Assembly (NCBI RefSeq): GCF_009914755.1 | Contig: NC_060932.1 | DNA: 64,000 bases | Source of the DNA: the human T2T-CHM13v2.0 reference genome, Homo sapiens | Direction: 5' to 3' (one strand) | Part shown: one piece after another, positions 13,431 to 34,963 of the stretch | How positions within the stretch are numbered: position 1 is the stretch's first letter | How the letters are laid out: the number at the start of each line of letters is the position of its first letter | Notes under the pieces: generated by a model | Told to the model about the DNA's origin: nothing | Database searches by the model: none | What the model saw: the letters and a program-made list of their open reading frames with translations, nothing else | Program-made: the position numbers and the translations under genes

Positions 13431-14485
13431 ACATTTATGCTACAACCCCTAAATACCAGAATTATTTCTCTGTTCCTATCACCTTACTAAGCACAAATTT
13501 ATTTCTTTCGTTTTTATTTCTTACTGTAGGATCCTGACAAAATTTATTCCTATACTTTCACTCTCTCTTAAAAGTACTATGCAATTCTTCAAAATATTGT
13601 TCCTCACTCACAAGTGCCTTCACACTTCTGTTATACTTGTTAAGGCTAGTAATAACTCTTATATGCTTTCCCCTGTGGTGAAACTGTTGAACTCTTAGCC
13701 AATATATTATAGTGATTTTGAGTATTGACTCTGGATTTAGCTTGGGTTTGAATCCTGACATTACCACTTATTACTGCATTATGTTGGGTTACTTTACCTC
13801 TTTAGACCTGTTTCTCACTTTTAAAATTAGGATAATGATGGTACCTATTGTATGAGTTATAAATATTCCATGAGATAATCCATATTAAACAACAGTCAGT
13901 GCCTAGTGTGAAATACATTCACTATAAATGTTAGTTATTATTCTACTAACATGTTTCATGGCCCATCTAAAGTGGCTGTCATCTGCTTTCCCTAAACACG
14001 AGGGATCCAGCTCTCATTTGAGCCCTTCCAACTTCTTTTCCTTCTCTGTGTTTATGTTACAGTCATGATCATACTGTATTTTGTACAATGTTCATACACT
14101 TGCTTCAACTAGTAATACTTTCTAGTAATTGCACTAAACCTCAGTATATTCATGTGTATAAAAGAGAGCAGTAACTAGCTCAAACATTGTATTAAATTCC
14201 ATATAATGTATGTCTATAAAACCATGTGATTATTAATGGGCTGTTGCTGCCCTAGGGCAGTCCACTAGTCTAACACCCACAGAACATCTGACGTAGTTTC
14301 AGCTCATAATATTTATTGAGTAGAATTGATTTTAATAGTCTTCTAATCAAGAAATAATTAAAAGGGCTCTACAAGCTTTTTAATAAGAGAAGCAGTTAGA
14401 ATACTTTTAGCAACACTGAAGTTTTTGATTAGGGAACATTCCATATAAGGAGACTGAAAGATAAGTGTTAATGTGCTGTCCTTAC

Positions 14486-14529
14486 CCACATCTGGTACAG
14501 GCTCATACAGAGCTTAAAATTTTAATCTG
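14486..14529 (-). pseudogene. Candidate exon, 44 nt (NAGNAG acceptor)
   Basis: ttcttcatttaaag|CAGATT...ATGTGG|gtaagg. Phase 0 gives QIKILSSV*ACTRC. Confidence 0.45.
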
Positions 14530-15073
14530 CTTTAAATGAAGAACACTTCATTCTTTTTTCTGTCTCCTCTTTCTTCTTACTCTTCTTCCTGCTTTTCCCT
14601 TTTCTATTTTTTAAGAACTAAGAGTTAATATAATTATTTACTAGTAATCTATGTGGATTTACAAGCTTGCAACTGAATCCTAATGCCATTGTCCTTTAGA
14701 TTTAAAAACATCAGTGTTCCTTTACCAAAAGTGTACCTTAGAATATTAACTTTTAAATATACTTGTAAAATCTTCTTTAAGTATAATGAAAAATAAACTT
14801 TCTTTTTGAGCAGTAATATGTAATTGAATTGGCAAAGCTCTATGTCTGTTTTCATTCACTAAATGACATGTCTTTTCACATCTGTGGTTCCCACATGAGC
14901 ACTATCTAATGGATTGGTGATCATTTTTTATGACACATCTTCTGAGTATAATTTAATGAGAAAGTATCAAAAAAATATTTTTCCCCCTGTTTTTTTTCTC
15001 TTAACAATTTGGACAAATCACTTAATTGCTCCAGCATTTGATTCCTCACTGGAATATACAAATGTTGAAATAC

Positions 15074-15147
15074 TTGGACTGCACAATCTCTTGCAAATCT
15101 GTATAATTTATTCCAGGTTATCTTGTGTATTCTCATTAACGGCTGGC
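15074..15147 (-). pseudogene. Candidate exon, 74 nt
   Basis: Very strong acceptor tttctttgttttttag|GCCAGC; donor CCAA|gtattt. Phase 1 is open (QPLMRIHKITWNKLYRFARDCAVQ). Confidence 0.5.
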
Positions 15148-18100
15148 CTAAAAAACAAAGAAATCACATAGCATACCACTCTTTCATAGCTACTTAAACT
15201 TGTATTCTTTGCTGAAGTTGTTCTTTCATGGTCCAAAGGGCATTAATATTAAAATGAAGGTCTTTATCTAACAATTGTGCTGAGAAACATTGATAAAAAT
15301 AATTAACATCTTTGCAGTTTAATGTGAAATACTTCCTTGACTCAGCCAAGCCTGTATTAGGGGAAATAGTAATAAGAAACGTGTTAGGATTTTCTAAACT
15401 CTAGTTCAAGATAAATGTGACTTTAGAGCTATGAGTTTTTCAAGTTTTTTTCCCACTTATTTAAAAATTTTATTATATGTTTTATATTTCCTTATTTAAT
15501 GAACCAAATTGAAATGATAAAATTTTACACTCCCTTTGTTGCTCTTATAGTAATTTACTTCTTCCTACATTGCAGTCCTTAAGTTGTATTTTTAAAATTT
15601 AAAATTTATTGAGCAATTGTAGATTCACATGCAGTTGTATGAAATAATACAGAGCGATTACCTATACAATGTGCCCACCTTCCCCAATGGTAAAATTTTA
15701 CAAAACTATATAAACAATTCTGAGGTCAATGTATTATGCTTGTTCCAAAGGCAAGAGGTCTTTCCTCTTTCCAGATTCTCTCTTGCCAACTAGCTGGCCT
15801 AACGTCTATACCTCATCTTAATTAAATTCATAAAGTTACTCCCTGTTACCTTATATTGTAACCTCCACTGTTCTTGTGGGCACCGTTAGTCTTGAGCTTC
15901 TCCATATTCTGTTGCAAATGAAGTGAGTTCCACTGGGAAAAGATGAGGAGATATCTGTTTTATGGCTTGCCTCTCCTTCCAGACAAAACATTGAATCAGA
16001 GATCTGTAGCTGGGAGCAGGGACAATGGCAAGCTTCTCTCAGAGTAACACCATCACTACAGGAAATGAACACTCAGTCAAGGATGTTGCAGAAGCCTTAG
16101 GTCCTCTCAGTTTGCATCTCCTGACATGAAACCAGAATGTCACAAGCCAGGGCAAGGTCATTCAGGGATCCAGTACCCTTAGTGTACCCCAATCAAGGTA
16201 ACACCTCTGTTCCCCATGTGAGAGCTGAGTAGAAGAACACAGCCTCTACCTTTGACTTCACTCACCTGGGAGTACTCAACAGGCAGCTAGAGGCAGAGCA
16301 GAATGCGGAAACGCTGAAATCCTGCTCTTACCTGGGAGTTAGTCTTCTGCCCAGGACCAGGGGAAAGAGGGAGCCCTGTGTTCTTGGCTGCAGCAGTCTC
16401 GAGTGGTCTCTGCCTTGCTGAGCCAAAAGGAGGGAAAGAGCAATCTTGGTTCAAGTGCCACAGATTTCTAGCTTTCTTAACCAGCTTTCACAGATTTTCT
16501 TGAATATATGTTTGTTTTTTTTTTCATTTGCTCTTTTCCTTTGGACAGAGGCATTAAATGGTTATTTTAAATTATTTTTCTCCACTTTCACTGAGGAGCA
16601 CGTCAGTGGAGCTCTTGATGCTGCCAGGCTGTATCTCCCCCTTAATGTGTTTTGTAAAAATATTTTATTGATCAAATATAAATTCAGCCTTACAATACTG
16701 GGAGAAAAGAAATGTATGGTACAGATATTGGGGCAGAAAGTCAGGAAAAGTCAATGCTATGTGATTGAAAAATAAAATAATGTGTTGTCTTTTTTTAAAA
16801 CCCTTCCTTAACTTCCAACAGATTTTTGCACATTTAATCATTTAAAATATTTCTAGAAAGCATAATAATACATCTGGAAGTTTTCCAAAGTTATAAACAG
16901 GAGAACAGAATAGCAAGATGGCACAGAGTCCTTCTACAATTAAAATATATTTAAGTCTACTTAACTGCATTCTCCACAAGCTACTCTTTCTGAAATAATA
17001 AATCAAAGCTACAGAGGCATCAGGAGCTTCTTAGCCATATTGGAGCTATTTTTTATAAAGGACCCAATCTTTATTATTATTTTTCATAGCCAGGGAAGTG
17101 ACTACAGGGTACACACTTTTTATGGCTCCATGAAATAAAGGTGTGAGGCCCAAGGGGTCCCAGGAAGGATTGGAAAGAAAGAGTAATGAAAGGACACTAC
17201 AGGTCACCATTTTAGAATGGAGCCAGGAACGCTGCTGGGATGAAGTAGCCTGGAGCTCCTTCCTCCCAGAGATCTGCATTTTTGCCTGTCTGCATTTTTA
17301 ACTCTGCAGTTCATGTGCTCATTGCTAAAATATAGATATACACTTGATTTTTATACATTTATCTAGTATTCTGCCATTAAATATAACATTAGCTGTAGGG
17401 TTTTTGGTTTTCTTTTTTTTAAGATTCCTCTTATAAAGTTAGGATGATCACCTGTATTCCTATTTTATGGGAGTTTTTTTAAACATGAATGGTGTTAAAT
17501 TTGATAAAATATTTTCTCATCATCAATTAATTTGATTATGATGTTTCTTCTTAGTTGTTGGTATCTTGGATTACATTGATTAATTTTAAATTATAGAACC
17601 AGCCTTGTATAATTAGAATAAACCCATTTGTTCATTGGCATATAATTATTTTTTATATATTGATAAATCAAACTTGTCAATATTTTGTTGAGATTTTGTA
17701 TTTCAGTTCGTGAGGAACATTTGCTTTCTTTTTCCACACTGTTTTGCCTGATTTGTTATCTGGGTAACACAAACTTTAAGAAACAAATTGGGAAATGTTT
17801 TCCCCTCCTCTATTTTCTGCAAGAGATTGTGTAGAGTTTGTGTCAATTCTTCTTTAATGTTTGGTTGAAATCTCCAGTTAAAATATCTGGAAATGGCAGT
17901 TTCCTTTTTAGAAGCTGTTAATTTATGAATTAAATTTCTCTAATAGGTTTAGAGCTAGTCAAATTACCTATTTCATATTGGGTGAGTTGTGGCAGTTTGT
18001 ATTTTTCTGGAAATTGATGTATTCCATTTAAGTTATTAAATTTATCTGTGTAGAGTTCTGTGTTGTATTTCCTTATTATACTTTAGATATCTGCAATGTC

Positions 18101-18405
18101 TGTCATGATATTCCCTCCTTCATTGCTGATGTTGGTAATTCATATATTCTGTCTTTTCTTTTTTGTCAGTCTTGTTAAAGGTTGATCTATTTTACAGATT
18201 TTTTTTCAAAAAGAGCTTTTTGTTTCATTTGGTTTTTAAATAGATCTATCCATTTCAATTTAATTAATTGTTGCTCTTATTTTTATTATCTTTCTTTTCC
18301 TCTTTGAGTTTGTTTTGCTTTTCCTTTTCTATGTTCTTTAAGTGAGAGCTTAAATTATTGATTTGAGACTTTTCTACTTTTCTTATGTAAACGTTTTGTG
18401 CTATA

Positions 18406-18694
<289 letters not shown>

Positions 18695-19740
18695 AGTGAT
18701 ATATATTTTTATCTCTTCCAATCTTTTGCTATTTTCTACAGAATTTGATGTACTGTATTTTCTTTCTTTTTTTTATTAATTACACATTAAGTTCTGGAAT
18801 ACATGTGCAGAACGTGCAGGTTTGTTACATAGGCATACATGTGCCACGGTGGTTTGGTGGTTTGCTGCACCCATCAACCCGTCATCTACATTGGGTATTT
18901 CTCCTAATGCTATCCCTCCCCTTCCCCCTCAACCCCTGACAGGCCCCAGTGGGTGATGTTCCCTTCCCTGTATCCATGTGTTCTCATTGTTCAACTCCCA
19001 CTTATGAGTGAGAACGTGCGGTGTTTGGTTTTCTGTTCCTGTGTTAGTTTGCTGAGAATGACGGTTTCCAGCTTCATCCATGTCCCTACAAAGGACATGA
19101 ACTCTTCTTTTTTATGCCTGCATGGTATTCCATGGTGTATATGTGCCACATTTTTTAATCCAGTCTATTATTGATGGACATTTGGGCTGGTTCCAAGTCT
19201 TTGCTATTGTGAATAGTGCTTCAGTAAACATACATGTGCATGTGTCTTTATAGTAGAATGATTTATAATCCTTTGGGTATATACCCAGTAATGGGATTGC
19301 TGGGTCAAATGGTATTTCTAGTTCTAGATCCTTGAGGAATCGCCACACTGTCTTCCATGATGGTTGAACTAATTTACATTCCCTACAACAGTGTAAAAGC
19401 GTTCCTATTTCTCCACATCCTCTCCAGCATGTTATTTCCTGACTTTTTAATATTGCCATTCTAACTGGTGTGACAATGGTATCTCATTGTGATTTTGATT
19501 TGCATTTCTCGGATGACCAGTGATGATGAGCTTTTTTTCATATGTTTGTTGGCCGCATAATGTCTTCTTTTGAGAAGTGTCTATTCATATCCTTCACCCA
19601 CTTTTTGATGGGGTTGTTTCTTTTCTTGTAAATTTGCTTAAGTTCCTTGTAGATTCTGGATTTTAGCCCTTTGCCAGATGGATAGATTGCAAAAATTTTC
19701 CCCATTCTGTAGGTTGCCTGTTCACTCTGATGATAGTTTC

Positions 19741-23490
<3,750 letters not shown>

Positions 23491-25869
23491 AAGATGGCCG
23501 AATAGGAACAGCTCCAGTTTATAGCTCCCAGCATGAGTGACGCAGAAGACAGGTGATTTCTGCATATCCAAGTGAGGTACCGGTTCATCTCACTGGGGAG
23601 TGCTGGACAGTGGGAGAAGGACAGTGGGTACAATGCACTGTGCATGAGCCGTAGCAGGGCGAGGCATCACCTCACCTGGGAAGCACAAGGGGTCAGGGAA
23701 TTCCCTTTCCTAGTGAAAGAAAGGGGTGACAGACGGCACTTGGAAAATCGGGTCACTCCCACCCTAATACTGAACTTTTCCAACGGGCTTAACAAACAGC
23801 ACACCAGGAGATTGTATCCCGCACCTGGCTTGGAGGGTCCTATGCCCACGGAGCCTCGCTCATTGCTAGCACAGCAGTCTGAGATCAAACTGCAAGGTGG
23901 CAGCAAGTCTGGGGGAGGGGCGCCCGCCATTGCTGAGGCTTGAGTAGGTAAACAAAGTGGCTGGGAAGCTGGAACCGGGTGGAGCCCACTGCAGCTCAAG
24001 GAGGCCTACCTGCCTCTTTAGGCTCCACCGCTGGGGGCAGGGCACAGATAAACAAAAGACAGCAATAACCTCTGCTGACTTAAATATCCCTGTCTGACAG
24101 CTTTGAAGAGAGTAGTGGTTCTCCCAGCACACAGCTGGAGATCTGAGAATGGGCAGACTGCCTCCTCAAGTGGGTCCCTGACCCCTGAGTGGCCTAACTG
24201 GGAGGCACCCCCCAGTAGGGGCGGACTGACACCTCACATGGCCAGATACTCCTCTGAGACAAAACTTCCAGAGGAAAGATCAGGCAGCAGCATTTGCGGT
24301 TCACCAATATCCGCTGTTCTGCAGCCACCACTGCTGATACCCAGGCAAACAGGGTCTGGAGTGGACTTCCAGTAAACTCCAACAGACCTGCAGCTGAGGG
24401 TCCTGACTGTTAGAAGGAAAACTAGCAAACAGAAAGGACATCCACACCAAAACCCCATCTGTACGTCACCAACATCAAAGACCAAAGGTAGATAAAACCA
24501 CACAGATGGGGAAAAAACAGAACTGAAAAACTGAAAATTCTAAAAATCAGAGCATCTCTCCTCCTCCAAAGGAACACAGCTCCTCACTAACAACAGAACA
24601 AAGCTGGAAGCAGAATGACTTTGACGAGTTGAGAGAAGAAGCCTTCAGACAATCAAACTTCTCAGAGCTAAAGGAAGAAGTTCAAAACCATCGCAAAGAA
24701 GTTAAAAACCTTGAAAAAAGATTAGACAAATGGCTAACTAGAATAACCAATGTAGAGAAGGCCTTAAATGACCTGATGGACCTGAAAACCATGGCATGAG
24801 AACTATGTGAGGAAGACACAAGCTTAAGTAGCTGATTCGATCAGCTGGAAGAAAGGGTATCAGTGATTGAAGATCAAATGAATGAAATGAAGTGAGAAGT
24901 TTAGAGAAAAAAGAATAAAAAATGAGCAAAGCCTCCAAGAAATATGGGAGTATGTGAAAAGACCAAATCTATGTCTAATTGGTGTACCTGAAAGTGACGG
25001 GGAGAATGGAACCAAGTTGGAAAACACTCTGCAGGATATCATCCAGGAGAACTTCTCCAATCTAGCAAGGCAGGCTAACAATCAAATTCAGGAAATACGG
25101 AGAATGCCACAAAGATACTCATCGAGAAGAGCAACTCCAATACACAAAATTGTCAGATTCACCAAAGTTGAAATGAAGGAAAAAATATTAAGGGCAGCCA
25201 GAGAGAAAGGTCGGGTTACCCACAAAGGGAAGCCCATCAGACTAACAGCTGATATCTCGGCAGGAATTCTACAAGCCAGAAGAGTGGGGGCCAATATTCA
25301 ACATTCTTAAAGAAAAGAATTTTCAACCCAGAATTTCATATCCAGCCAAACTAAGCTTCATAAGTGAAGGAGAAATAAAATCCTTTACAGACAAGCAAAT
25401 GCTGAGAGATTTTGTCACCACCAGGCCTGCCCTGAAAGAGCCCCTGGAGGAAGCACTAAACATAGAAAGGAACAACTAGTACCAGCCACTGCAAAAACAT
25501 GCCAAATTGTAAAGACCATCAAGGCTAGGAAGAAACTGCATCAACTAACGAGCAAAATAACCAGCTAACATCATAATGACAGGATCAAATTCACACATAA
25601 GAATACTAACCTTAAATGTAAATGGGCTAAATGCCCCAATTAAAAGGCATAGACTGGAAAATTGGATAAAGAGTCAAGACCCATCAGTGTGCTGTATTCA
25701 GGAAACCCATCTCATGTGCAGAAACACACATAGGCTTAAAATAAAGGGATGGAGGAAGATCTACCAAGCAAATGAAAAACAAAAAAAGGCAGGGGTTGCA
25801 ATCCTAGTCTCTGATAAAACAGACTTGAAACCAACAAAGATCAAAAGAGACAAAGAAGGCCATTACATA
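23491..25869 (+). mobile_element. Same nested L1PA, inverted 5' part (5'UTR, disrupted ORF1, ORF2 start)
   Basis: Begins aagatggccgaataggaacagctcc (L1 5' end). ORF1 ATG at 24506 with an early TGA; ORF2 ATG at 25576 (MTGSNSHI...). Right TSD 25870-25883. Confidence 0.93.
23667..23930 (-). CDS. L1 ORF0 homologue, open, 87 aa
   Basis: MAGAPPPDLLPPCSLISDCCASNERGSVGIGPSKPG...RVGVTRFS matches primate L1 antisense ORF0. Expression unknown. Confidence 0.6.
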   Translation of the reverse strand: MAGAPPPDLLPPCSLISDCCASNERGSVGIGPSKPGAGYNLLVCCLLSPLEKFSIRVGVTRFSKCRLSPLSFTRKGNSLTPCASQVR

Positions 25870-25982
25870 ATGATAGTTTCTTTTGCTGTGCAGAGCTCTT
25901 TAATTAGATCCTTATTTGCCAATTTTGGGTTTTGTTGCAATTGCTTTTGGTGTTTTAGTCATAAAGTCTTTGCCCATGCCTA

Positions 25983-26327
<345 letters not shown>

Positions 26328-26562
26328 TCAGGTAGCATGATGCCTCCAGCTTTGTTCTTTTTGCTTACGATTGTCTTTGGTATACAGGCTCTTTTTTGTT
26401 TCTATGTGAAATTTAAAGTAGTTTTCTTCTAACTATGTGAAGAAAGTCAATGGTAGCTTGATGGAGATAGCATTGAATCTTTAAATTACGTTGGGCAGTA
26501 AGGCCGTTTTCATGATATTGATTCTTCCTATCTATGAGCATGGAATGTTTTTCTATTTGTTT

Positions 26563-29073
<2,511 letters not shown>

Positions 29074-32000
29074 TGAACAGTGGTTTATAGTTCTCCTTGA
29101 AGAGGTCCTTCACATCCCTTGTAAATTGTATTCCTAGATATTTTATTCTCTTTGTAGCCATTGTGAGTGGGAGTTCACTCATGATTAGGCTCTCTGTTTG
29201 TCTATTATTGGTGCATAGGAATGCTTGTGATTTTTGCACATTGATTTTGTATCTTGAGACTTTGCTGAAGTTGCTTATCAGCTTAAGGAGATTTTGGGCT
29301 GAGATGATGGGGTTTTCTAAATATACAATCATGTCATCTGCAAACAGAGACAATTTGACTTTCTCTCTTCCTATTTGAATACCCTTTATTTCTTTCTCTT
29401 GCCTGATTAACCTGGCCAGAACTTTCAATACTATGTTGAATAGGAGTGGCAAAGGAGAGCATCCTTGTCTTGTGCTGGTTTTCAAAGGGAATGCTTCCAG
29501 CTTTTGCCCATTCAGTATGATATTGGCTGTGGATTTGTCATAAATAGCCCTTATTATTTTGATATATGTTCCATCAATACCTAGTTTATTGAGACGTTTT
29601 AGCATGAAGGGGTGTTGAATTTTGTCAAAGGCCTTTTCTACATTTATTGATATAACGTGTGTTTTTTGTCATTGGTTCTGTTTATGGAATCAATTATCTT
29701 TATTGATTTGCATATGTTGAACTAGCCTTGCATCCCAGCTATGAAACTGACTTGATCATGATGGATAAGCTTTTTAATGTGCTGCTGGATTCAGTTTTCC
29801 AGTATTTTATTGAGGATTTTTGCATGGATGTTCATCAGGAATATTGCACTGAAATTTTCTTTTTTTGTTGTGTCTCTGCCATGCTTTGGTATCAGGATGA
29901 CGCTGGCCTCATAAAATGAATTAGGGAGGATTCCCTCTTTTTCTATTGTTTGGAATAGTTTCAGAAAGAATGGTACCAGCTCTTCTTTGTACCTCTGGTA
30001 GAATTTGGCTGTGAATCCACCTGGTCCTGGGCTTTTTTTGGTTGGTAGACTATTAATTACTGCCCCAATTTCAGAACTTATTATTGGTCTACTCAGGGAT
30101 TCGATTTCTTCCTGGTTTACTCTTGGGAGGGTGTATGTATCCAGGAATTTATCCATTTCTTCTAAATTTTGTAGTTTATTTCTGTAGAGGTGTTTATAGT
30201 ATTCTGTGGTGACAGTTTGTGTTTCTGTGGGATCAGTGGTGATATCCCCTTTATCATTTTTTATTGTGTCTGTTTGATTGTTCTTCCTTTTCTTCTTTAT
30301 TTGTCTGGCTAGTGGTCTATGTATTTTGTTAATCTTTTCAAAAAGCCAGCTTGTGGATTCATTGATTTTTTTGAAGGGTTTTTTGTGTCTCTATCTCCTT
30401 CAGTTCTGCTCTGATCTTAGTTTATTTCTTGTCTTCTGCTAGTTTTTGAATATCTTTGCTCTTGCTTCTCTAATTCTTTTAATTGTAATGTTAGGGTGTT
30501 GATTTTAGATCTTTTCCACTTTGTCCTGTTGGCATTTAGTGCTATAAGTTTTCCTCTAAACACTGCTTTAGCTGTGTCTGAGAGATTCTGGTACGTTGTA
30601 TCTTTGTTCTCATTGGTTTCAAATAACTTCTTGATTTCTGCCTTAATTTCATTATTTACCCAGTAATCATTCAGGAGCAGGTTCTTCAGTTTCCATGTAG
30701 TTGTGCAGTTTTGAGTGAATTTCTCAATTCTGAGTTCTAATTTGATTCCACTGTGGTCTGACAGACTGTTTGTTATGATGTCCATTCCTTTGCATTTGCT
30801 GAGGAGTGTTTTACTTCCAATTATGTGGTCAATTTTAGAATAAATGTGATGTGGTGCTAAGAATAATGTATATTCTGTTGATTTGGGGTGGAGAGTTTTG
30901 TATATGTCTATTAGGTCCTCTTGGTCCAGAGCTGAGTTCAAGTCCTGGATATCCTTGTTAATTTTCTATCTTGTTGATCTGTCTAATATTGACAGGGGGG
31001 TGCTAAAGTCTCCTGGTATTATTGTGTGGAAGTCTAAGTCTCTTTGTAGGTCTCTAAGAACTTGCTTTATGAATCTGCGAGCTCCTGTATTAGGTGCATA
31101 TATATTTAGGATAGTTAGCTCTTCTTGTTGAATTGATCCCTTCACTATTATGTAATGGCCTTCTTTGTGTCTTTTAATCTTTGTTGCTTTAAAGTCTGTT
31201 TTATCAGAGGCTAGGATTGCAACACCTGCTTTTTTTTTTTTTTTGCTTTCCATTTGCTTGGTAGATCTTCCTCCATCCCTTTATTTTGAGCCTATATGTG
31301 TCTCTGCACATGAGATGGATCTCCTGAATACAGCACACTGATGGGTATTGACTCTTTATCCAATTTGCCAGTCTGTGTCTTTTAATTGGGGCATTTAGCC
31401 CATTTACATTTAAGGTTAATATTGTTATGTGTGAATTTTATCTTGTCATTATGATGTCAGCTGGTTATTTTGCCCGTTAGTTGATGCAGGTTCTTCATAG
31501 GTCTTTATAATCTGGTATGTTTTTGCAGTGGATGGTACCCATTTTTCCTTTTCTTGTTTAGTGTTTCCTTTAGGTTCTCTCATAAGGCAGGCCTGGTGGT
31601 GACAAAATCTCTCAGCATATGCGGCTAGGCTTGTCTGTAAAGGATTTTATTTCTCCTTCGCTTATGAAGCTTAGTTTGGCTGGATATGAAATTTTGGATT
31701 GAAAATTATTTTCTTTAATATTGTTGAATATGAACCCCCAATCTCTTCTTGCTTGTAGCATTTCTGCAGAGAGATCTGTTCTTTGTCTGATGGGCTTCCT
31801 TTTGTGGGTAACCCAACCTTTCTCTCTGGCTGCACTTTACATTTTTTCCTGCCTTTCAACCTTGGTGAATCTGACAATTATGTGTCTTGTGGTTGCTCTT
31901 CTCAAGGAGTATCTTTGTGGTGTTCCCTGTATTTCCTGAATTTGAATGTTGGCCTGTCTTGCTAGGTTGGGGAGATTCCCCTTGGATAATATCCTGAAGA

Positions 32001-33413
32001 GTGTTTTCCAACTTGGTTCTATATACTGTATTTTCATTTTCTTCACTTTAACTCATTTTTAGTTTTGCTTGAGACCTTGCTTAGATTATTTTGAAGTGTA
32101 TTGGTTAGTTTCCAACTTGTTGGGGACTTTCCTGTTATGTTTCTTTTATTAACTTCTAGTCATTTTTATTCACTAAATAAGAGAGTGTACTCTGTGTTAT
32201 TAAGTTGCTTTAAATTTGCAGAGGATTATTCTTCATAGTTTCTATAAATTACTGAGAGATTTTTGAAACAATTTGGCTTTTGTTTATTTCTCCTTTGAGT
32301 TTATCAATTTTTGTTTCACATATTTTGCAGCTCTGTTGTTTGGTTCACACACATTTAGGATTGCAATGTGTTTTTTGTGGATTGCCCCTCTCTCTGTCTT
32401 TGATAATTTTTCTGGCTTTGCAGTCTATGTGATTTGACATAACCATGCCTGCTTTCTTTTGACTACAGTTTACAGGTGTACATTTTCATAATTTTGCTTT
32501 TAACAACTATATTGATATATTTGAAGTAAATTTTATGTAGACAGTTTATGTTTGTTCATATGTTTTAAGATGCTGTGCCTCTCTGTCATTTAGTTGGTGT
32601 ATTAAGACCATTTACTTTTATTGTAATTATGGCTACGTGGTAGCTTAAGACTACTCTTTATTTCTTGTTTTCTCTTTGTTCTATTTTTTGTTTTTGTTTT
32701 ATTTTTTCTACCTTGCTATGGGTTACTTGAACATTTATTTTAATTCAATTTCAATTCATCCATAGTTTTTTTGGGAGTATGTCTTTTTATAGCTTTTTAG
32801 TGTTTACTATAGAAATTATATTACATTTATATAACTTATTGAAGTCTACTTTTGTCATCATTTTCAAAGTTTGAATTAAGTATAGAAATAACACCTACCT
32901 ATACCTTTACATGCCCCCATTTAAAATATAATTCTTTTAAATATTTCTTCTAAGAACACTTAGAAACATTTCACAGTGTTACAGACTTTTTTCAACCTTC
33001 TACCATAACTTTGGGAACTCAGTAAGAGAAGGGGGGAATGCATTGTATTTATCCATATGATTACAATTTTCAGTTTTCTTTCTTCCTTCCTGATATTCCA
33101 ATATTCCCTCTTTATTATTACCTTTTGTTTAAAGAACTTCTTCAGCAATTTTTAAGGGTATGTCTCCTGGTGACATGTTCTGTCATCTGAGAAGGTCTTC
33201 ATTTCCCCTTCACTCCTGAAAAAAGATATTAATATATTGCTCAAAGAATTCTGGATAGATAGTTCATTTCTTTCAGCACTTAAAAATGCACCACTTCCTT
33301 TTGCTCTCTATCATTTATAATAAGAAATCTGTTGTCATTAGAATTGCTTTATTTTTTCAGTAAGATGTTTCTGTAGCTATTTTCAAGATATTTTCTGTTA
33401 ATTAATGTGTCTT

Positions 33414-33848
<435 letters not shown>

Positions 33849-34291
33849 TTAGCTATTATTTATTAGAGTACTTTTCCAGTCCTGCTCTCTTTCTCTTCAT
33901 CTTTTGAACTTCAATGATGTCAAATATTAGAATTTTTGTTGTTTTCTACAGGTCTCTGAGAGTTTCTTTTTTTTTTCAGTCTATTTTCTCACTCTTGCTT
34001 ATATTGGATAATTTCTGCTCTATCTCCAAATGCACTGGTTCTCTCCTCCTTTGCTTTCATTTGCTGTTTTTAAGAATTTTGGTCATTGTAAATTTTAGTT
34101 CTAGAATTTCAATTTAGCCCTTCAAAATATCTTCTATCTTTTCTGAAACTTTCTCCTTTTTTTTTGCTAAGCCTTTCTATTTTTTTTTTTTATTTTCAAG
34201 TGTGTTTGCAATTGCTCATCAAATAATTTTTATCAGGATACTTTAAAATCCTTGTCAGATAATCCTAACATCTCTGTTATCTCAGTGCTGG

Positions 34292-34963
34292 TGTTACCAG
34301 AAAGGGGTCTGGATTCAGAGTCCAAGAGAGGGTTCTTGGACCTCATGCAAAAAGAATTTGGGATGAGTCCATAGAGTAAAGTGAAAGCAAGTTTATTAAG
34401 AAAGCAAAGGAGTAAAGAATGGCTGGCTACTCCACAGGCAGTGGATATAAGTGAATATACTGGATATAAGTGGATATCCAGTGAATATAAGTGGATATAA
34501 GTGAATATACTTATAGTTATTTCTTGATTATATGGTTAACAAGGGGTGGATTATTCATGAGTTTTCCAGGAAAGGGGTGGGCGCTTCCTGGAACTGAGGG
34601 TTCCTTCCCTTTTTAGACCATACAGGGTAACCTCCTGACATTGCCATGGCATTCATTAACTGTCATGGTGCTGGTAGCAGAGTCTTTTAGCATGCTAATG
34701 CTTTATAATTAGCATATAGTGAGCAGTGAGGATGACCAGAGGTCACTTTCATCACCATCTTGGTTTTGGCTTCTTTACCACATCCTTTCTTAACAGCAAG
34801 GTCTTTGTGGCCTGTATCTTGACCTGTATCTTGTGCTGACCTCCTATCTTATCCTATGACTAAGAATGCCTAACATCCTGGGAATGCAACCCAGTAGGTC
34901 TCAGCCTCATTTTACTCAGCCCTTATTCAAGACGGAGTTGCTCTGGTTCAAATGCCTCTGACA
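34292..34963 (-). mobile_element. MER41B-like ERV1 solo LTR
   Basis: TG...CA ends, 4-bp TSD ctgg (34288-34291 / 34964-34967). Minus strand begins tgtcagaggcatttgaaccagagcaactcc. Confidence 0.88.
34564..34593. promoter_or_regulatory. Tandem GAS (STAT1-type) motifs
   Basis: TTCCAGGAA (34564-34572) and TTCCTGGAA (34585-34593) both fit TTCNNNGAA. Confidence 0.6.

Noticed and set aside
13611-13694. Additional minus-strand exon (donor gtgagt at 13610)
   Set aside because: Acceptor is poor and ambiguous, and it is not needed for phase chaining.
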